A DNA stretch of 6,720 bases from a virus (lineage: Duplodnaviria; Heunggongvirae; Uroviricota; Caudoviricetes): IMG/VR virus record IMGVR_UViG_3300029643_000047; one strand, written 5' to 3'. Below, piece after piece: positions 6,430 to 6,720 of this stretch. Position 1 is the first letter of the stretch. Every line of letters begins with the position of its first letter. The position numbers were made by a program, and so were the translations under genes. The notes under the pieces are model-generated. The model was given only the letters and a program-made list of their open reading frames with translations, made no database searches and was not told the origin of the DNA.

Positions 6430-6720
6430 TTCACCCTCCTGAGGGTTGGTGATTAAGGAGTTCTCCACGGGTGAGGTGGAGTGCGTGCGCCGGACACGGG
6501 TGAGCATCCGGCACTGACAGTTTACTGAAAGGATATTTCCCTGAAAAGTCAGACCATAACGCGAAAGCGCCCGGCGAGGTAGCTGGTTCATAGATAGCCT
6601 GTCGTTAAATTTTCGTCGACCGTGCGTTTCCGGTTGTGGCAATCCGCGAAATGGCGCGGCGGTAAGTATGGCGGGGTTATTCCTTCCCCGTTGAGGACAC
6701 CGAGTTGTCAGGTTGACCAT

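Noticed and set aside
1-6720. Scan for tRNA, rRNA, CRISPR arrays, IS elements and integrase or att sites
   Set aside because: There are no regularly spaced direct repeats, no cloverleaf-compatible segments that I could identify, no transposase-like ORF and no terminal inverted repeats. The window appears to be internal to the prophage.

Overview
This window reads as the immunity and replication core of a Rac-like lambdoid prophage of Escherichia coli or a close relative, with no rRNA, tRNA, CRISPR array or IS element visible. A plus-strand repressor gene (racR, 4897..5373) is flanked by two outward-firing promoter/operator cassettes. The left cassette drives a tightly packed minus-strand early operon: ydaS (Cro-like), ydaT (overlapping ydaS by 17 nt), an O-like replication initiator with an N-terminal HTH, a DnaC/IstB-like helicase loader, a 256-aa protein of unknown function and a 141-aa protein of unknown function. 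An intergenic gap follows, then a QueH-family (DUF208) epoxyqueuosine-reductase homolog. The right cassette contains a textbook sigma70 promoter (TTGACA-N17-TATAGT) pointing into a 50-aa ORF and a 106-aa ORF; a 91-aa minus-strand ORF converges on them with a 23-bp 3' overlap, and the last two lie in visibly AT-rich DNA. The racR/ydaS/ydaT module itself is already described. The parts I consider most worth follow-up are the repeated operator half-sites (ATTAGGC-N3-GCCTAAT), the inverted 18-bp promoter/operator block flanking racR, the prophage-borne QueH homolog and the AT-rich convergent small-gene pair. Gene names rest on my recollection of the K-12 Rac proteins and on motifs read directly from the translations; no database search was run.
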